Shown: positions 44,713 to 54,287 of the stretch, one piece after another
How the letters are laid out: the number at the start of each line of letters is the position of its first letter
Numbering within the stretch: position 1 is the first letter of the stretch
DNA from: Kiritimatiellia bacterium
GTDB lineage: Bacteria; Verrucomicrobiota; Kiritimatiellia; RFP12; JAAYLN01
Assembly (NCBI GenBank): GCA_045603485.1
Contig: JAZUMF010000118.1
Span: 1,216-65,215 of the forward strand
DNA length: 64,000 nucleotides
Direction of reading: 5' to 3'
Notes under the pieces: generated by a model
Database searches by the model: none
What the model was told of the DNA's origin: nothing
The model's input: only the letters and a program-made list of their open reading frames with translations
Made by a program: the position numbers and the translations under genes

Positions 44713-46877
44713 TGGATAATATACTCGATAAGCTAAACGTTGAGCAGCGCGAAGCCGTAGCCACAACAGAAGGCTATGTTAGAGTTATCGCCGGAGCAGG
44801 CTCTGGAAAGACCAGGGCGCTGTCTCATCGTTTTGCTTATTTGGTAAATTTGATGGGCGTCTTGCCATCGCACATACTTTGCGTGACATTTTCAAATAAG
44901 TCGGCAAACGAAATGCGTCAGCGCATCCGTAATTTGACTGGTGACAACGACACGGGATACATAAATACTTTTCACGGCTTTTGTGTTACAGTGCTCCAAG
45001 AAGATTCTCACGCGATACAATATCCTAAAAATTTCCTGGTTCTTGATAATTCAGATATAGATGCGATGCTAAAAACCGTTTACGACGAACGGGGGCTTTC
45101 ATTACGCGATATGACCTATTCCATGGCGCGTGATATGATAGAAGTCCGTAAAACAATCTCGGAAAAAGAATATTACCGTGATATGCTCTCAATGACATCC
45201 GATGAGCTTAAAAAGCGGTATGAGCAAGCTGAAAAGCCGGCAGATATAGTCTTTTACGGTTATCTCTATCAAGAGCGCAAATGCTTCGGCGTAGATTATA
45301 ACGACTTGATTGTCTTTACATTGCACATCTTCGATAAAAACCCGGAAATTCGGTTAAAGTGGCAAAAACGGCTCGAATACATTATGGTCGATGAATTTCA
45401 AGATATCGATCCATTGCTCCATAGATTGATGGAAGTATTGTGCGCCTATCATAAAAACCTCTTTGTGGTCGGTGATCCCGATCAGACCATCTATACATGG
45501 CGAGGAGCCGATGCAAAATTTTTACTGGAATTCGACCAAAAATTCTCACCCTGCCACACAGTAGTGATGGCTAAAAATTATCGCTCCACACCAGAAATAT
45601 TAGCGGCGGCAAATTCTCTCATTTCAAAAAATAAAGAACGCTACGATAAAAACCTGTTGCCGGTTTTGCCGCCAGAGTCAATGCCAATCTACTTTCAAGG
45701 AGAAAGCTCTGATTCAGAAGCCAAATGGATTACTGATGAGATTCAAAAACTCCACAGCAAAGATATTCCATATTCCTCAATGGCTATTCTCTATCGGGCT
45801 CATCATGTCACAAGGTCTATCGAAGATACCCTTTTTAAGGCAGAAATTCCATTCACGATATACAGCGGGGTGCAGTTTTTTGACCGTGCTGAAATCAAAG
45901 ATGCGATATCCTATCTACGCCTAGTGGCATATCATGACGACCTCTCATTTGTGAGAGTCGCAAATCTGCCCAAACGAAATCTTGGCATTCGTCGCATGAC
46001 ATTCCTTAAAAACTATGCGGAAGAAAACCATTGCCTTCTTTATGAAGCATTAGAGCAAAACATAGATAACGAAATTTTCAAAACCACAAAAGCAAAAGAG
46101 ATTCTTGACCTGGTAAGACGCTTTGACACCACAGCGTCATCAAGGTCGGTATCAGAACTGCTAAGAGATATTCTTGATGAAAGCGGCTACGAAAAAATGC
46201 TGCGAACCGAAGGCGCACAAACGCGTTTAGACAACATTGCTGAGCTAAGACAGTCGATATTTGAATATGAAGCCTCCTGCGGAGAAGAGTGCAACCTCGC
46301 CAACTACCTCTCGCATGTGGCGCTCTTTACAAATCGAGATGCTGAAACCGAGACCGCAAAAGACCGAGTAAAGCTCATGACAATTCATGCGGCGAAAGGA
46401 TTGGAGTTTCCCCATGTCTTTTTGGCTGGCTGGAACGAAGGAACATTGCCATCTCGAAAAACCAAAACCCAAAAAGGGATGGAAGAAGAAAGGCGACTTG
46501 CTTTCGTTGCAATGACAAGGGCCGAGCACAGCCTCTATATATCATCAGCATCAGGTTCAGACTTCAAAGGAGAGATAAGGTATCCCTCGCGATTTATTCT
46601 TGATATAGAAGCAGATAGATTATCATTTGTAAAGCCGTTACGCGAAGAGCTCGTAAAAGACCTACGCGATTACGCTCAAAAGACCCTGGCTGCAAATGAA
46701 AAAGGCAAATCAGAGTCATCGTCCCATTTTGACGCAGGTACAAAAATCTCTCACCCGATTCTAGGCATCGGTGAAATAATATCAGTAGATGAAGAAAATT
46801 CAGCTTACGAAATTAAGTTTGATAAACTACCGACAAATCGCGTTGTTTCGTTTCGTGTTGCACTTACAAAAATCTAA
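44712..46877 (+). CDS. UvrD/PcrA/Rep family ATP-dependent DNA helicase
   Basis: AGAGSGKT, VDEFQD, VVGDPDQTIYTWRGA, NYRST, LMTIHAAKGLEF, EERRLAFVAMTRA. Confidence 0.95.
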   Translation: MDNILDKLNVEQREAVATTEGYVRVIAGAGSGKTRALSHRFAYLVNLMGVLPSHILCVTFSNKSANEMRQRIRNLTGDNDTGYINTFHGFCVTVLQEDSHAIQYPKNFLVLDNSDIDAMLKTVYDERGLSLRDMTYSMARDMIEVRKTISEKEYYRDMLSMTSDELKKRYEQAEKPADIVFYGYLYQERKCFGVDYNDLIVFTLHIFDKNPEIRLKWQKRLEYIMVDEFQDIDPLLHRLMEVLCAYHKNLFVVGDPDQTIYTWRGADAKFLLEFDQKFSPCHTVVMAKNYRSTPEILAAANSLISKNKERYDKNLLPVLPPESMPIYFQGESSDSEAKWITDEIQKLHSKDIPYSSMAILYRAHHVTRSIEDTLFKAEIPFTIYSGVQFFDRAEIKDAISYLRLVAYHDDLSFVRVANLPKRNLGIRRMTFLKNYAEENHCLLYEALEQNIDNEIFKTTKAKEILDLVRRFDTTASSRSVSELLRDILDESGYEKMLRTEGAQTRLDNIAELRQSIFEYEASCGEECNLANYLSHVALFTNRDAETETAKDRVKLMTIHAAKGLEFPHVFLAGWNEGTLPSRKTKTQKGMEEERRLAFVAMTRAEHSLYISSASGSDFKGEIRYPSRFILDIEADRLSFVKPLREELVKDLRDYAQKTLAANEKGKSESSSHFDAGTKISHPILGIGEIISVDEENSAYEIKFDKLPTNRVVSFRVALTKI

Positions 46878-47121
46878 AGTGCCTTGTGTTGCTCGCCAAG
46901 GCTGCTGCGAAACAATGGAAAAGCGGATAATCAACCACAGAATACTAACTTTTTAAGGGACAGTCCTTTCTGATTTAAAAAAACTGTCAAACTCGCAAAC
47001 TATCAAACTGCTCCTACTTGCAAACTTTGCTTAAGCTATAGGAAGTTATTGAGTCAAGATTTTGGTATATCAAGTCTAATGGTCTTTGGAAACAACTTAT
47101 TGGAAACAACTTACCTTTGAC

Positions 47122-47221
47122 GCACGGGCTAACTCGCCCGTGCCCATTTTTCTCATTGTTGAAAGCAATTATATTTAAAGACCACTCTGAATTAGATGAG
47201 CGCGGGCATGTTAGCCCGCGC
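47122..47221. repeat. Inverted pair of REP-like GC-rich hairpins (copy 1)
   Basis: GCACGGGC-TAACTC-GCCCGTGC (47122-47143) and GCGCGGGC-ATGTTA-GCCCGCGC (47200-47221); second resembles reverse complement of first. Confidence 0.8.
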
Positions 47222-47412
47222 ACCTCTTAAAAGTTGTTTTTACCAGTTGTCTAGGTTGTTTCCAATCTAAAAGATACGAAGCGGAATCCCAATCCTGTAA
47301 TCTTGTTAATCCTGTCAAAAAACTCTATCCGCAAATCATCACAGAAATGGTAAGGCCTGTCCCCTTAAAAAGTCCTCACGCGGAGCCGCAGAGGCGCAGA
47401 GAAAATTGTGAG

Positions 47413-47595
47413 ATTTTGTTCCGCACAATAATCTCATTTTGCGTGTGTGAAAAATCTAAAATCTTTGTTATTAGGATATTGTGAATGGAATCGAAAAGGA
47501 CTGTCCCCTGAAAAGTTAAAAGGTAAAAGGTAATAGTGAAGTGTGATATTTCGTGTATTCCTAGGTTAAAATGAGATTATGGTGCGGAATAAAAT
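47413..47595. repeat. 28-bp inverted repeat pair
   Basis: ATTTTGTTCCGCACAATAATCTCATTTT (47413-47440) versus reverse complement of 47568-47595; same module at 26344-26371. Confidence 0.8.
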
Positions 47596-47897
47596 GCGAT
47601 CGGTAGTTTAGATTTTAACGCAGAGGCGTAGAGACACAAAGTCCCATTTCGTAATCCTGTTTAATCTTGTTAATCCTGTCAAAAAACTCTATCCGCAAAT
47701 CAATACAGAAATGGTAAGGCCTGTCCCCTTAGAAAGTTCGCGCGTGAAAAAACTGTCAAACTCGCAAACTATCAAACTGATTCTACTTGCAAACTTTGCT
47801 TAAGCTATATGAAGTTATTGAGTCAAGATTTTGGTATCTCAAGTCTAATGGTCTTTATTAATTTGAAACAACTTATTAGAAACAACTTGCCTTTGAC

Positions 47898-47994
47898 GCA
47901 CGGGCTAACTCGCCCGTGCCCATTTTTCTCATTGTTTATATTAAAAATTGAAGACCACACTGAAGTAGATGAGCGCGGGCATGTTAGCCCGCGC
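47898..47994. repeat. Inverted pair of REP-like GC-rich hairpins (copy 2)
   Basis: Identical hairpins at 47898-47919 and 47973-47994. Confidence 0.8.
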
Positions 47995-48329
47995 ACCTCT
48001 TAAAAGTTGTTTTTACCAGTTGTCTAGGTTGTTTCCAATCTAAAAGATACGAAGCGGAATCCCAATCCTGTAATCCTGTTAATCCTGTCAAAAAACTCTA
48101 TCCGCAAATCATCACAGAGACACAGAGATTTTATAAATATGGTAGTAGCAAAATTATACGCAAAGAACGCAGAGCCGCAGAGGCGCAGAGAAATTGTAGG
48201 TTGTTCCTTAAAGGTTATCAAGCGTGACAGTATGACACTTAAAGGTGATTGCTTTCGCCTCTGGGAGAAGAGGAGATTGGGAGAAGTTTCTTATGGAGGG
48301 TTGCCGGAGCAGTATCGCAGTTTGTGCGA

Positions 48330-48358
48330 TTGATTTTCAATTCTTAATTTTGTATAAT
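48330..48358 (+). promoter_or_regulatory. Sigma70-type promoter of serS
   Basis: TTGATT (48330-48335), 17 nt, TATAAT (48353-48358). Confidence 0.6.
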
Positions 48359-48400
48359 TATAGAGCGTTCTAGTCTTACATTTACAATGGGAAATTTACC

Positions 48401-49687
48401 ATGCTTGACATTAAGAAAATTCGTGAAACTCCAGACGCCGTAAAGGAAGGGCTTATTGCTCGCGGCGCCAATCCTGATGCTATTGATGAGATTCTTGCTC
48501 TGGACGCTGTCCGTCGTGAAAAGACTTCTGCCGTTCAGGCTTTACAGGGTGAGCGTAATGCTACATCAAAGAAGATTGGCTTGGCTCGTAAGGCTGGTGA
48601 GGATACTTCCGCTATTCAGGCTGAGATGCGTGCACTTGGCGACCGCATCGCCGAGCTTGATAAGGAGGCTTCTGAGGTTGATGAGCGTCAGCGTTCGATT
48701 TTGCTGTCTCTTCCTAATCTTCCGGCTCCAGGTGTTATTCCTGGCGGCAAGGAGGCCAATGAGGTCGTTTCTGTTTGGGGTGAGAAGCCTGTCTTTGAGG
48801 GCTTTGAGCCTAAGGATCATGTCGAGCTTTGCACTTCTCTCGGTTTGATTGACTATGACCGCGGCGTTCGTATGGGCGGTAATGGTTTTTGGCTTTATCG
48901 AGGCTTGGGCGCTCAGCTTGAGTGGGCATTGCTTAACTACTTTGTTCAGGAGCATTTGAAGGACGGCTTTGAATTTATCCTTCCTCCTCATCTCCTTAAC
49001 TGGGATTGCGGCTTGACCGCCGGTCAGTTCCCGAAATTCCAGGAGGATGTTTTCCGTCTTCAGGAGGAGAACTTCCAGTTCCTGCTTCCTACAGCAGAAA
49101 CAGCCCTTGTAAACCTCCATCGCGGTGAGATTCTTGAGGAGAAGGAGCTTCCTCTTAAGATGTTTGCTTACACTCCTTGCTATCGTCGCGAGGCGGGCTC
49201 TTACCGTAAGGAGGAGCGCGGAATGGTTCGCGGTCATCAGTTTAACAAGGTTGAGATGTTTGCCTATACTCTTCCCGAGCAGTCTGAGGAGATGCATCAG
49301 CTTTTGATTCGCAAGGCATGCGCTCTTGTTGAGGGGCTTGGCTTGCACTATCGTTTGGCTAAGCTTGCCGCAGGTGATTGCTCTGACTCAATGGCGACGA
49401 CATACGATGTTGAGATCTGGATTCCATCTATGGATGTTTATAAGGAGTGTTCTTCCGTTTCCAATGCGATGGATTATCAGGCTCGCCGCGGTAATATGCG
49501 CTTCCGCCGCGCTGAGACGAAGAAGACCGAGTTCTTGCATACCCTTAACGGTTCTGGTCTTGCCACTTCGCGTCTCTTGCCTGCGATTGTCGAGCAGTTC
49601 CAGCAGCCTGACGGCTCGGTTCTCGTTCCAAAGGTGCTTGTTCCGTTTATGGGCGGCATTGAGAAGCTTACACCTCCAAATGCCTAA
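48401..49687 (+). CDS. serS: Seryl-tRNA synthetase
   Basis: MLDIKKIRE, LLPTAET, CYRREAGS, RGHQFNKVE, HTLNGSGLA. Confidence 0.97.
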   Translation: MLDIKKIRETPDAVKEGLIARGANPDAIDEILALDAVRREKTSAVQALQGERNATSKKIGLARKAGEDTSAIQAEMRALGDRIAELDKEASEVDERQRSILLSLPNLPAPGVIPGGKEANEVVSVWGEKPVFEGFEPKDHVELCTSLGLIDYDRGVRMGGNGFWLYRGLGAQLEWALLNYFVQEHLKDGFEFILPPHLLNWDCGLTAGQFPKFQEDVFRLQEENFQFLLPTAETALVNLHRGEILEEKELPLKMFAYTPCYRREAGSYRKEERGMVRGHQFNKVEMFAYTLPEQSEEMHQLLIRKACALVEGLGLHYRLAKLAAGDCSDSMATTYDVEIWIPSMDVYKECSSVSNAMDYQARRGNMRFRRAETKKTEFLHTLNGSGLATSRLLPAIVEQFQQPDGSVLVPKVLVPFMGGIEKLTPPNA

Positions 49688-49741
49688 CAATTGGAGTTTG
49701 TCCTTCGCAGGGCTTTTGCCTTGCGAAGGATGAGTTTTTCT

Positions 49742-50644
49742 ATGCCATCTAAGTTTCGCTTAAATTGTGAATATTATGCAGCCAAGGTCGGCCTTGGGCT
49801 GGTGAATAGGCTTTCCCCCAAGATGGCATGTGCCGGTGCGCGTATGGTCGGTAATTTCGCCTACTGTGTTTGTGCTAAACGCCGCCGAACCGCAATTGAT
49901 AACTTGCTGAAAACGGGTGTCGCAAAGAACCGTGCTGAGGCTAAGTCAATCGCGAAATCATCATTTCAGAGCATCGCTTTGACGATGGTTGAGTCTATCT
50001 TGGTCCCTCGTATGCTTGCCGATGGCAGGATGGATGACTCGGCATTTGACATTTCAATGCCCGATGAAACCCATAAACTTTTTACGCAGGATATCGGCAT
50101 TATTACCGTTAGCGGCCATCTGGGCAATTGGGAGCTGGGAGCCAAGGTTGTTTCAAAATACAAGCCTATCACAGCAATTGCCCGCCCAATGAATAATCGT
50201 AGAGTGCAGGCATTGATGGATGCCGTTCAGATTCGTGACGGCTTTGAGACTATTGATAAACACGATAGCGCTCCGATAAAGATTGTAAGAGCTTTGAAGA
50301 AAAAGAGGATTTTGGCTCTTTTGACAGACCAGCATGCTCATGGGCCTGGCTCTTGCGTCGTTGATTTCTTTGGTATGCCTGCTGTCACTTATGCCAGTCC
50401 TGCAATCTTGCAGCATATGACAGGGGCTCCGATTATTCTCTGTTTTGTGACAAGGACTGGACTTTTTAAGTTTCACTTCGAGTTTTCCAAGCCGTTGTTC
50501 TTTGAAATCAAGAAGGAGACGATGGATGACGATATTCAAAGGGCTACCCAATATATCGCCTCAGAGCTTGAGGCGCGCATAAGGCAGAATCCAAGGCAGT
50601 ACTTGTGGATGCATCGCCGCTGGAAGAAGCTTGAAAAACGATAG
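49742..50644 (+). CDS. Lipid A / lysophospholipid acyltransferase (LpxL/HtrB family)
   Basis: GHLGNWE, ALLTDQ, VDFFGMPA, PRQYLWMHRRWK; start uncertain (49730 or 49742). Confidence 0.85.
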   Translation: MPSKFRLNCEYYAAKVGLGLVNRLSPKMACAGARMVGNFAYCVCAKRRRTAIDNLLKTGVAKNRAEAKSIAKSSFQSIALTMVESILVPRMLADGRMDDSAFDISMPDETHKLFTQDIGIITVSGHLGNWELGAKVVSKYKPITAIARPMNNRRVQALMDAVQIRDGFETIDKHDSAPIKIVRALKKKRILALLTDQHAHGPGSCVVDFFGMPAVTYASPAILQHMTGAPIILCFVTRTGLFKFHFEFSKPLFFEIKKETMDDDIQRATQYIASELEARIRQNPRQYLWMHRRWKKLEKR

Positions 50645-50652
50645 GTGATGTT

Positions 50653-52089
50653 ATGAGACACTTTTTTTCGTTATTGCTGCCTTTGGTCTTTTTTGCGGTG
50701 CACTCATTTTCCCTTGATTTGTTTTCGTCTTTCAAGCCTGAAAAAAACTACGAAAAAAACAATTCTTCGCAGTCGATTCCGCTCGATTTGCTTTTATTGT
50801 TCAAATCTGATGATACTTGGGAGAAAAGCCCCAATGCTTTTGTTATTGCACACAGGAAAAATGGCTTTGTATATACAGACAACAGTCGCTCATCGGCATA
50901 TTCTTTAAATCGTGACGAAATGTCATTTGCCTCACTTTCGGTCTATGAGGCCCGTGTTTTTTGGGATGATAACAAAATTTCCCGTGTTGAGATTTTTATA
51001 TTTAATAAGGGAGATGCTGAAAAGAAACTCAATCAACGGGAGTTAGAAGTTCTTGTTAAGCGTGTTTCTAATATTCTAGATAAGAATTTTGGAAATGGTG
51101 TTTCGTCACCTCAAGAGAGACTTGCAAATCATATGCTTTCATATTCTAAACGATGGTCGCAATCTACGATGCTTGCCCAGCTCCAATGGGCTTTTACAAG
51201 ACCGCACCGTTCATCTAAGGAGTATGTTCCATTTTCTGCTGAATATATTAAAGTTGTATTTGTTAAAAGCACCGGTTTTTCAGCGAGAGATAATGCGGTA
51301 CTTACGGGAAAGAGCATTTTGGTAAAACCTAAGAGGAAATCGGAGTTACGCAATTCGGTAGGGAAGAACGCCAAAGGCGATGTGTGGATCTCTGGCATTC
51401 CAATGGTTGATCAGGGGCAGAAGGGGTATTGCGCGGCGGCAACTTGCGAGCGGGTTTTGCGTTATTACGGTTTGATTGTCGATCAGCATCAGGTAGCCCA
51501 ACTGGCAGAGACCGGCGCGAAAAGCGGTACTTCATTTAAGGGCTTTGCTGACGCTGTTGAGAATATAGGGCGCTATTATTCACTGGATAAAGAGGTTTTG
51601 ATGCGACCTGACAGCAGTGACGATTTTTCGAAGTCAAATATTGTTGATGATTTGAAGGCATATAACAAGGTTGCCAAACGAAAAGGTGTCGATACTGTCG
51701 ATTGGCATGATTATACTACCTCTCTCGGCCATAATATGTTCTCTATAGATGTCTCTTCAATTTTGTCTGCAATAGATCCGGAGATCTTATTGGAGTCTAA
51801 AATATCTCAAAAGGCCCGGTTTGAGGCTTTTTCCCGCGATATAATCAGGTTTGTGGATGCCGGGTGTCCTTTGATGTGGTCATGTTTTGTAGGGCTTTTT
51901 CCCGAGGTTCCCGATGTCGGTGCTGTCGGCGCGTTCGGTCATATGCGACTTATTATCGGTTATAATAAGAAAACCAAAGAGATTCTTTACAGTGATTCCT
52001 GGGGGGCTGGTCACGGATTGAAGCGAATGCCTATTGATATGGCTTGGGCAATGACTCAAGCACTGGTTGTCCTTGAACCGCGGAATTAG
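50653..52089 (+). CDS. Exported protein with C-terminal C39-like cysteine peptidase domain
   Basis: Signal peptide; PMVDQGQKGYCAAATCERVLRYYG, GHMRLIIGYN, YSDSWG (Q-C-H-D). Confidence 0.7.
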   Translation: MRHFFSLLLPLVFFAVHSFSLDLFSSFKPEKNYEKNNSSQSIPLDLLLLFKSDDTWEKSPNAFVIAHRKNGFVYTDNSRSSAYSLNRDEMSFASLSVYEARVFWDDNKISRVEIFIFNKGDAEKKLNQRELEVLVKRVSNILDKNFGNGVSSPQERLANHMLSYSKRWSQSTMLAQLQWAFTRPHRSSKEYVPFSAEYIKVVFVKSTGFSARDNAVLTGKSILVKPKRKSELRNSVGKNAKGDVWISGIPMVDQGQKGYCAAATCERVLRYYGLIVDQHQVAQLAETGAKSGTSFKGFADAVENIGRYYSLDKEVLMRPDSSDDFSKSNIVDDLKAYNKVAKRKGVDTVDWHDYTTSLGHNMFSIDVSSILSAIDPEILLESKISQKARFEAFSRDIIRFVDAGCPLMWSCFVGLFPEVPDVGAVGAFGHMRLIIGYNKKTKEILYSDSWGAGHGLKRMPIDMAWAMTQALVVLEPRN

Positions 52090-52096
52090 TTTTATT

Positions 52097-52708
52097 ATGG
52101 CAGTGCAAGCATTATTCGGGGGTAGTTTTGATCCTGTCCATAATGGGCACCTTGCTGTCGCGCGGCAGGTTGTGAAGCTTTTTAATGTAGATAAGCTTTG
52201 GTTTATCCCTGCATCTATTTCTCCTCTAAAGAGGGGCGCTATGACTGCTTCAGACGCTGATCGCATTCAGATGCTTAAGCTGGCGATAGGTGATGATTGT
52301 CATTTTGGTATCGACGATTGTGAGCTTTTGAGAGGCGGGGTTTCTTATACGATAGATACTTTGCGCTATTGGAAGAGTCGATATCCTGATGATGAGATAG
52401 TCTTTGTTGCGGGAATGGATTCGCTTCTGTCGCTTTCAAAGTGGAAGGATTATCAGGAGATTGCGAGTATTTGCCGTTTTGTCACTTTCTTGCGGCCGGG
52501 ATGTGACTTTGCTCCGCGAGTTGAAGATCTGTCATTGCCTGTTGAGCTTGCCAAGCGATTGTTGGCGGATGTCTTTGAGGGAGAGCTTAACGATATTTCA
52601 TCAACGGAGATTAGACGCCTGGCTTCCGAGGGTAAGGATATAGGTGATTTGGTGCCTAGGGCTGTTGCCTGGTATATTAAAGAGAAGAGTCTCTATGCCG
52701 TTTCATAG
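52097..52708 (+). CDS. nadD: Nicotinate-nucleotide adenylyltransferase
   Basis: LFGGSFDPVHNGHL, SYTIDTL, GMDSL, ISSTEIR. Confidence 0.92.
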   Translation: MAVQALFGGSFDPVHNGHLAVARQVVKLFNVDKLWFIPASISPLKRGAMTASDADRIQMLKLAIGDDCHFGIDDCELLRGGVSYTIDTLRYWKSRYPDDEIVFVAGMDSLLSLSKWKDYQEIASICRFVTFLRPGCDFAPRVEDLSLPVELAKRLLADVFEGELNDISSTEIRRLASEGKDIGDLVPRAVAWYIKEKSLYAVS

Positions 52709-52733
52709 GGGTTGTTAAGGTTAGGAGTTTTGT

Positions 52734-54185
52734 ATGGCAATCGTTGGAAATTCCCAGGGTGATAAAGCATCCGTGAAGAATAATGATGGAGATGCCGGAA
52801 TTCCCGTTTTTGATGTCAAGGACGGCTTTGATGGTCAGGTTATCGTTGATTTGTCGGCAGAGCAGGGGCCGATTAAGATTCAAAATGCAGTCAATGGCGC
52901 GCCTCCGCTGAGCGGTAATATATATTTTGAGGAATGGGTTGAGGCTGAAATCCCTTACGCCCGAATTCATGATCTTAATCTAATCCATGGATATGGAGCT
53001 CCGTATATAATCGATGTCCCATGGATATTTAGAGATTTCGATGCGGATGAGAATAACCCAGCAAGCTACGACTTTGCCTGTACAGACGCGATATTGAAGA
53101 GAATTCAGGATGCGGGCACAAAGGTCTTTTACCGTTTAGGGGCAGCATACGAAAACGCTTTGGTAAAAAAATACACGCTTTTCCCTCCAAAGGATTATGC
53201 CAAGTGGGCACGGATAGCCGAGCATATCATAAGGCATTATACCGAGGGTTGGGCAGACGGCTTTGAGTGGGATATCGAGTATTGGGAGATCTGGAACGAG
53301 CCTAATTTGAGAACGAAGGATAACGGTAGCGTAAATGGCGGATTTTGGCGAGGTTCAAGGGATGAGTTCAAGAAGTTTTTCAAAATTGTCCTTAAGCATT
53401 TGAAATCAAATTTCCCAAATCTTAAAATCGGCGGCCCTGCAATGGCCGGTACCGGAGGAGAGTGGGGGAATGAAATTATTGCCGAGCTCGCCAGAGATGG
53501 CATTCCGATAGATTTCTATTCCTGGCATGGATATGAAACCGATCCCAAAAAGTTTGGTGCGGGCGCTCGGTTTGTCCGTGAAATGTTGGATAATAACGGC
53601 TTTACCAACGCTGAGTCTATCTTTAACGAGTGGAATTATGTTAAAGGGTGGACGCCTGGCGATTTTACATATTCTCGCCAAGTCGAGAGCGGTTCTTTCA
53701 ATCAAAAGGGGGCAGCCTTTATCGGTGCCGCAATGACTGTCCTTCAAAATGCAAGGGTTGACATGTCTATGTTCTACGATGCCAGGGTCCGCGGCATGAA
53801 TAGCCTTTTTGACGGCATAACGAGTCTTCCTTTGCGCGGTTATTACACCTTTATCGCATGGCGAAATTTGAGGAGGCTTGGGATTCAAGTTTCGGCGGCA
53901 TCGTCATTGGACGATGTTTATGTAACGGCAGCCAAAAACAAGGATGGCAAATGGGGCGTGTTTATCGTTAGATACGATGAGGATAACAATGTGACATCTC
54001 CTGTTTTGCTGTCAATCAAGTTTGCATCCACGGGCTCATTTAATGGAGCGAGATGCTATCTTACCGACGATGCGCGAATCTATACTCTGAAGGGGCTTGT
54101 TCAGGCAGAGGACGGTTCTGTTTCATTGAGAATGCGCCCATGCTCATTTGCTTATATTGAGTGTTCTGATTGTCCATCGGCTTAG
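52734..54185 (+). CDS. Glycoside hydrolase family 39-like (beta-xylosidase/iduronidase type)
   Basis: RIHD, YRLG, YWEIWNEPN, IGGPA, DFYSWHGY, FNEWN. Confidence 0.75.
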   Translation: MAIVGNSQGDKASVKNNDGDAGIPVFDVKDGFDGQVIVDLSAEQGPIKIQNAVNGAPPLSGNIYFEEWVEAEIPYARIHDLNLIHGYGAPYIIDVPWIFRDFDADENNPASYDFACTDAILKRIQDAGTKVFYRLGAAYENALVKKYTLFPPKDYAKWARIAEHIIRHYTEGWADGFEWDIEYWEIWNEPNLRTKDNGSVNGGFWRGSRDEFKKFFKIVLKHLKSNFPNLKIGGPAMAGTGGEWGNEIIAELARDGIPIDFYSWHGYETDPKKFGAGARFVREMLDNNGFTNAESIFNEWNYVKGWTPGDFTYSRQVESGSFNQKGAAFIGAAMTVLQNARVDMSMFYDARVRGMNSLFDGITSLPLRGYYTFIAWRNLRRLGIQVSAASSLDDVYVTAAKNKDGKWGVFIVRYDEDNNVTSPVLLSIKFASTGSFNGARCYLTDDARIYTLKGLVQAEDGSVSLRMRPCSFAYIECSDCPSA

Positions 54186-54287
54186 TGACGGGCAGAATAT
54201 TTCCGCAAAAACCATACTATTTTGGTATACTTATAGAGTTTTATCTTTAGTTGATCTGTTTTTAATGGTCGGAGAGGTTATTTGTTT

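Larger units (their letters stand above)
46978..48118. repeat. Two ~370-bp imperfect direct repeats (46978-47345, 47747-48118) with interspersed modules
   Basis: Both begin AAAAAACTGTCAAACTCGCAAACTATCAAACTG and end TATCCGCAAATCATCACAGA; scattered substitutions/indels; third partial copy of AATCCTGT..GCCTGTCCCCTTA at about 47653-47731. Confidence 0.93.

Noticed and set aside
46978..48118. Simple assembly duplication
   Set aside because: The two copies differ by several substitutions and indels and share modules with 26170-26700; long reads are still needed to exclude it fully.
46920..48300. CRISPR array
   Set aside because: No constant 25-45-nt repeat separated by unique equal-length spacers and no cas genes; the repeats are long, modular and partly inverted.
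47014..48333. Short ORFs at 47014-47223, 47809-48003, 48024-48221 and 48139-48333
   Set aside because: Entirely composed of non-coding repeat modules, frames not conserved between repeat copies, no RBS or family signal.
48566..49348. 260-aa antisense ORF over serS
   Set aside because: Expected shadow of strong codon bias in a highly expressed gene; no family features.
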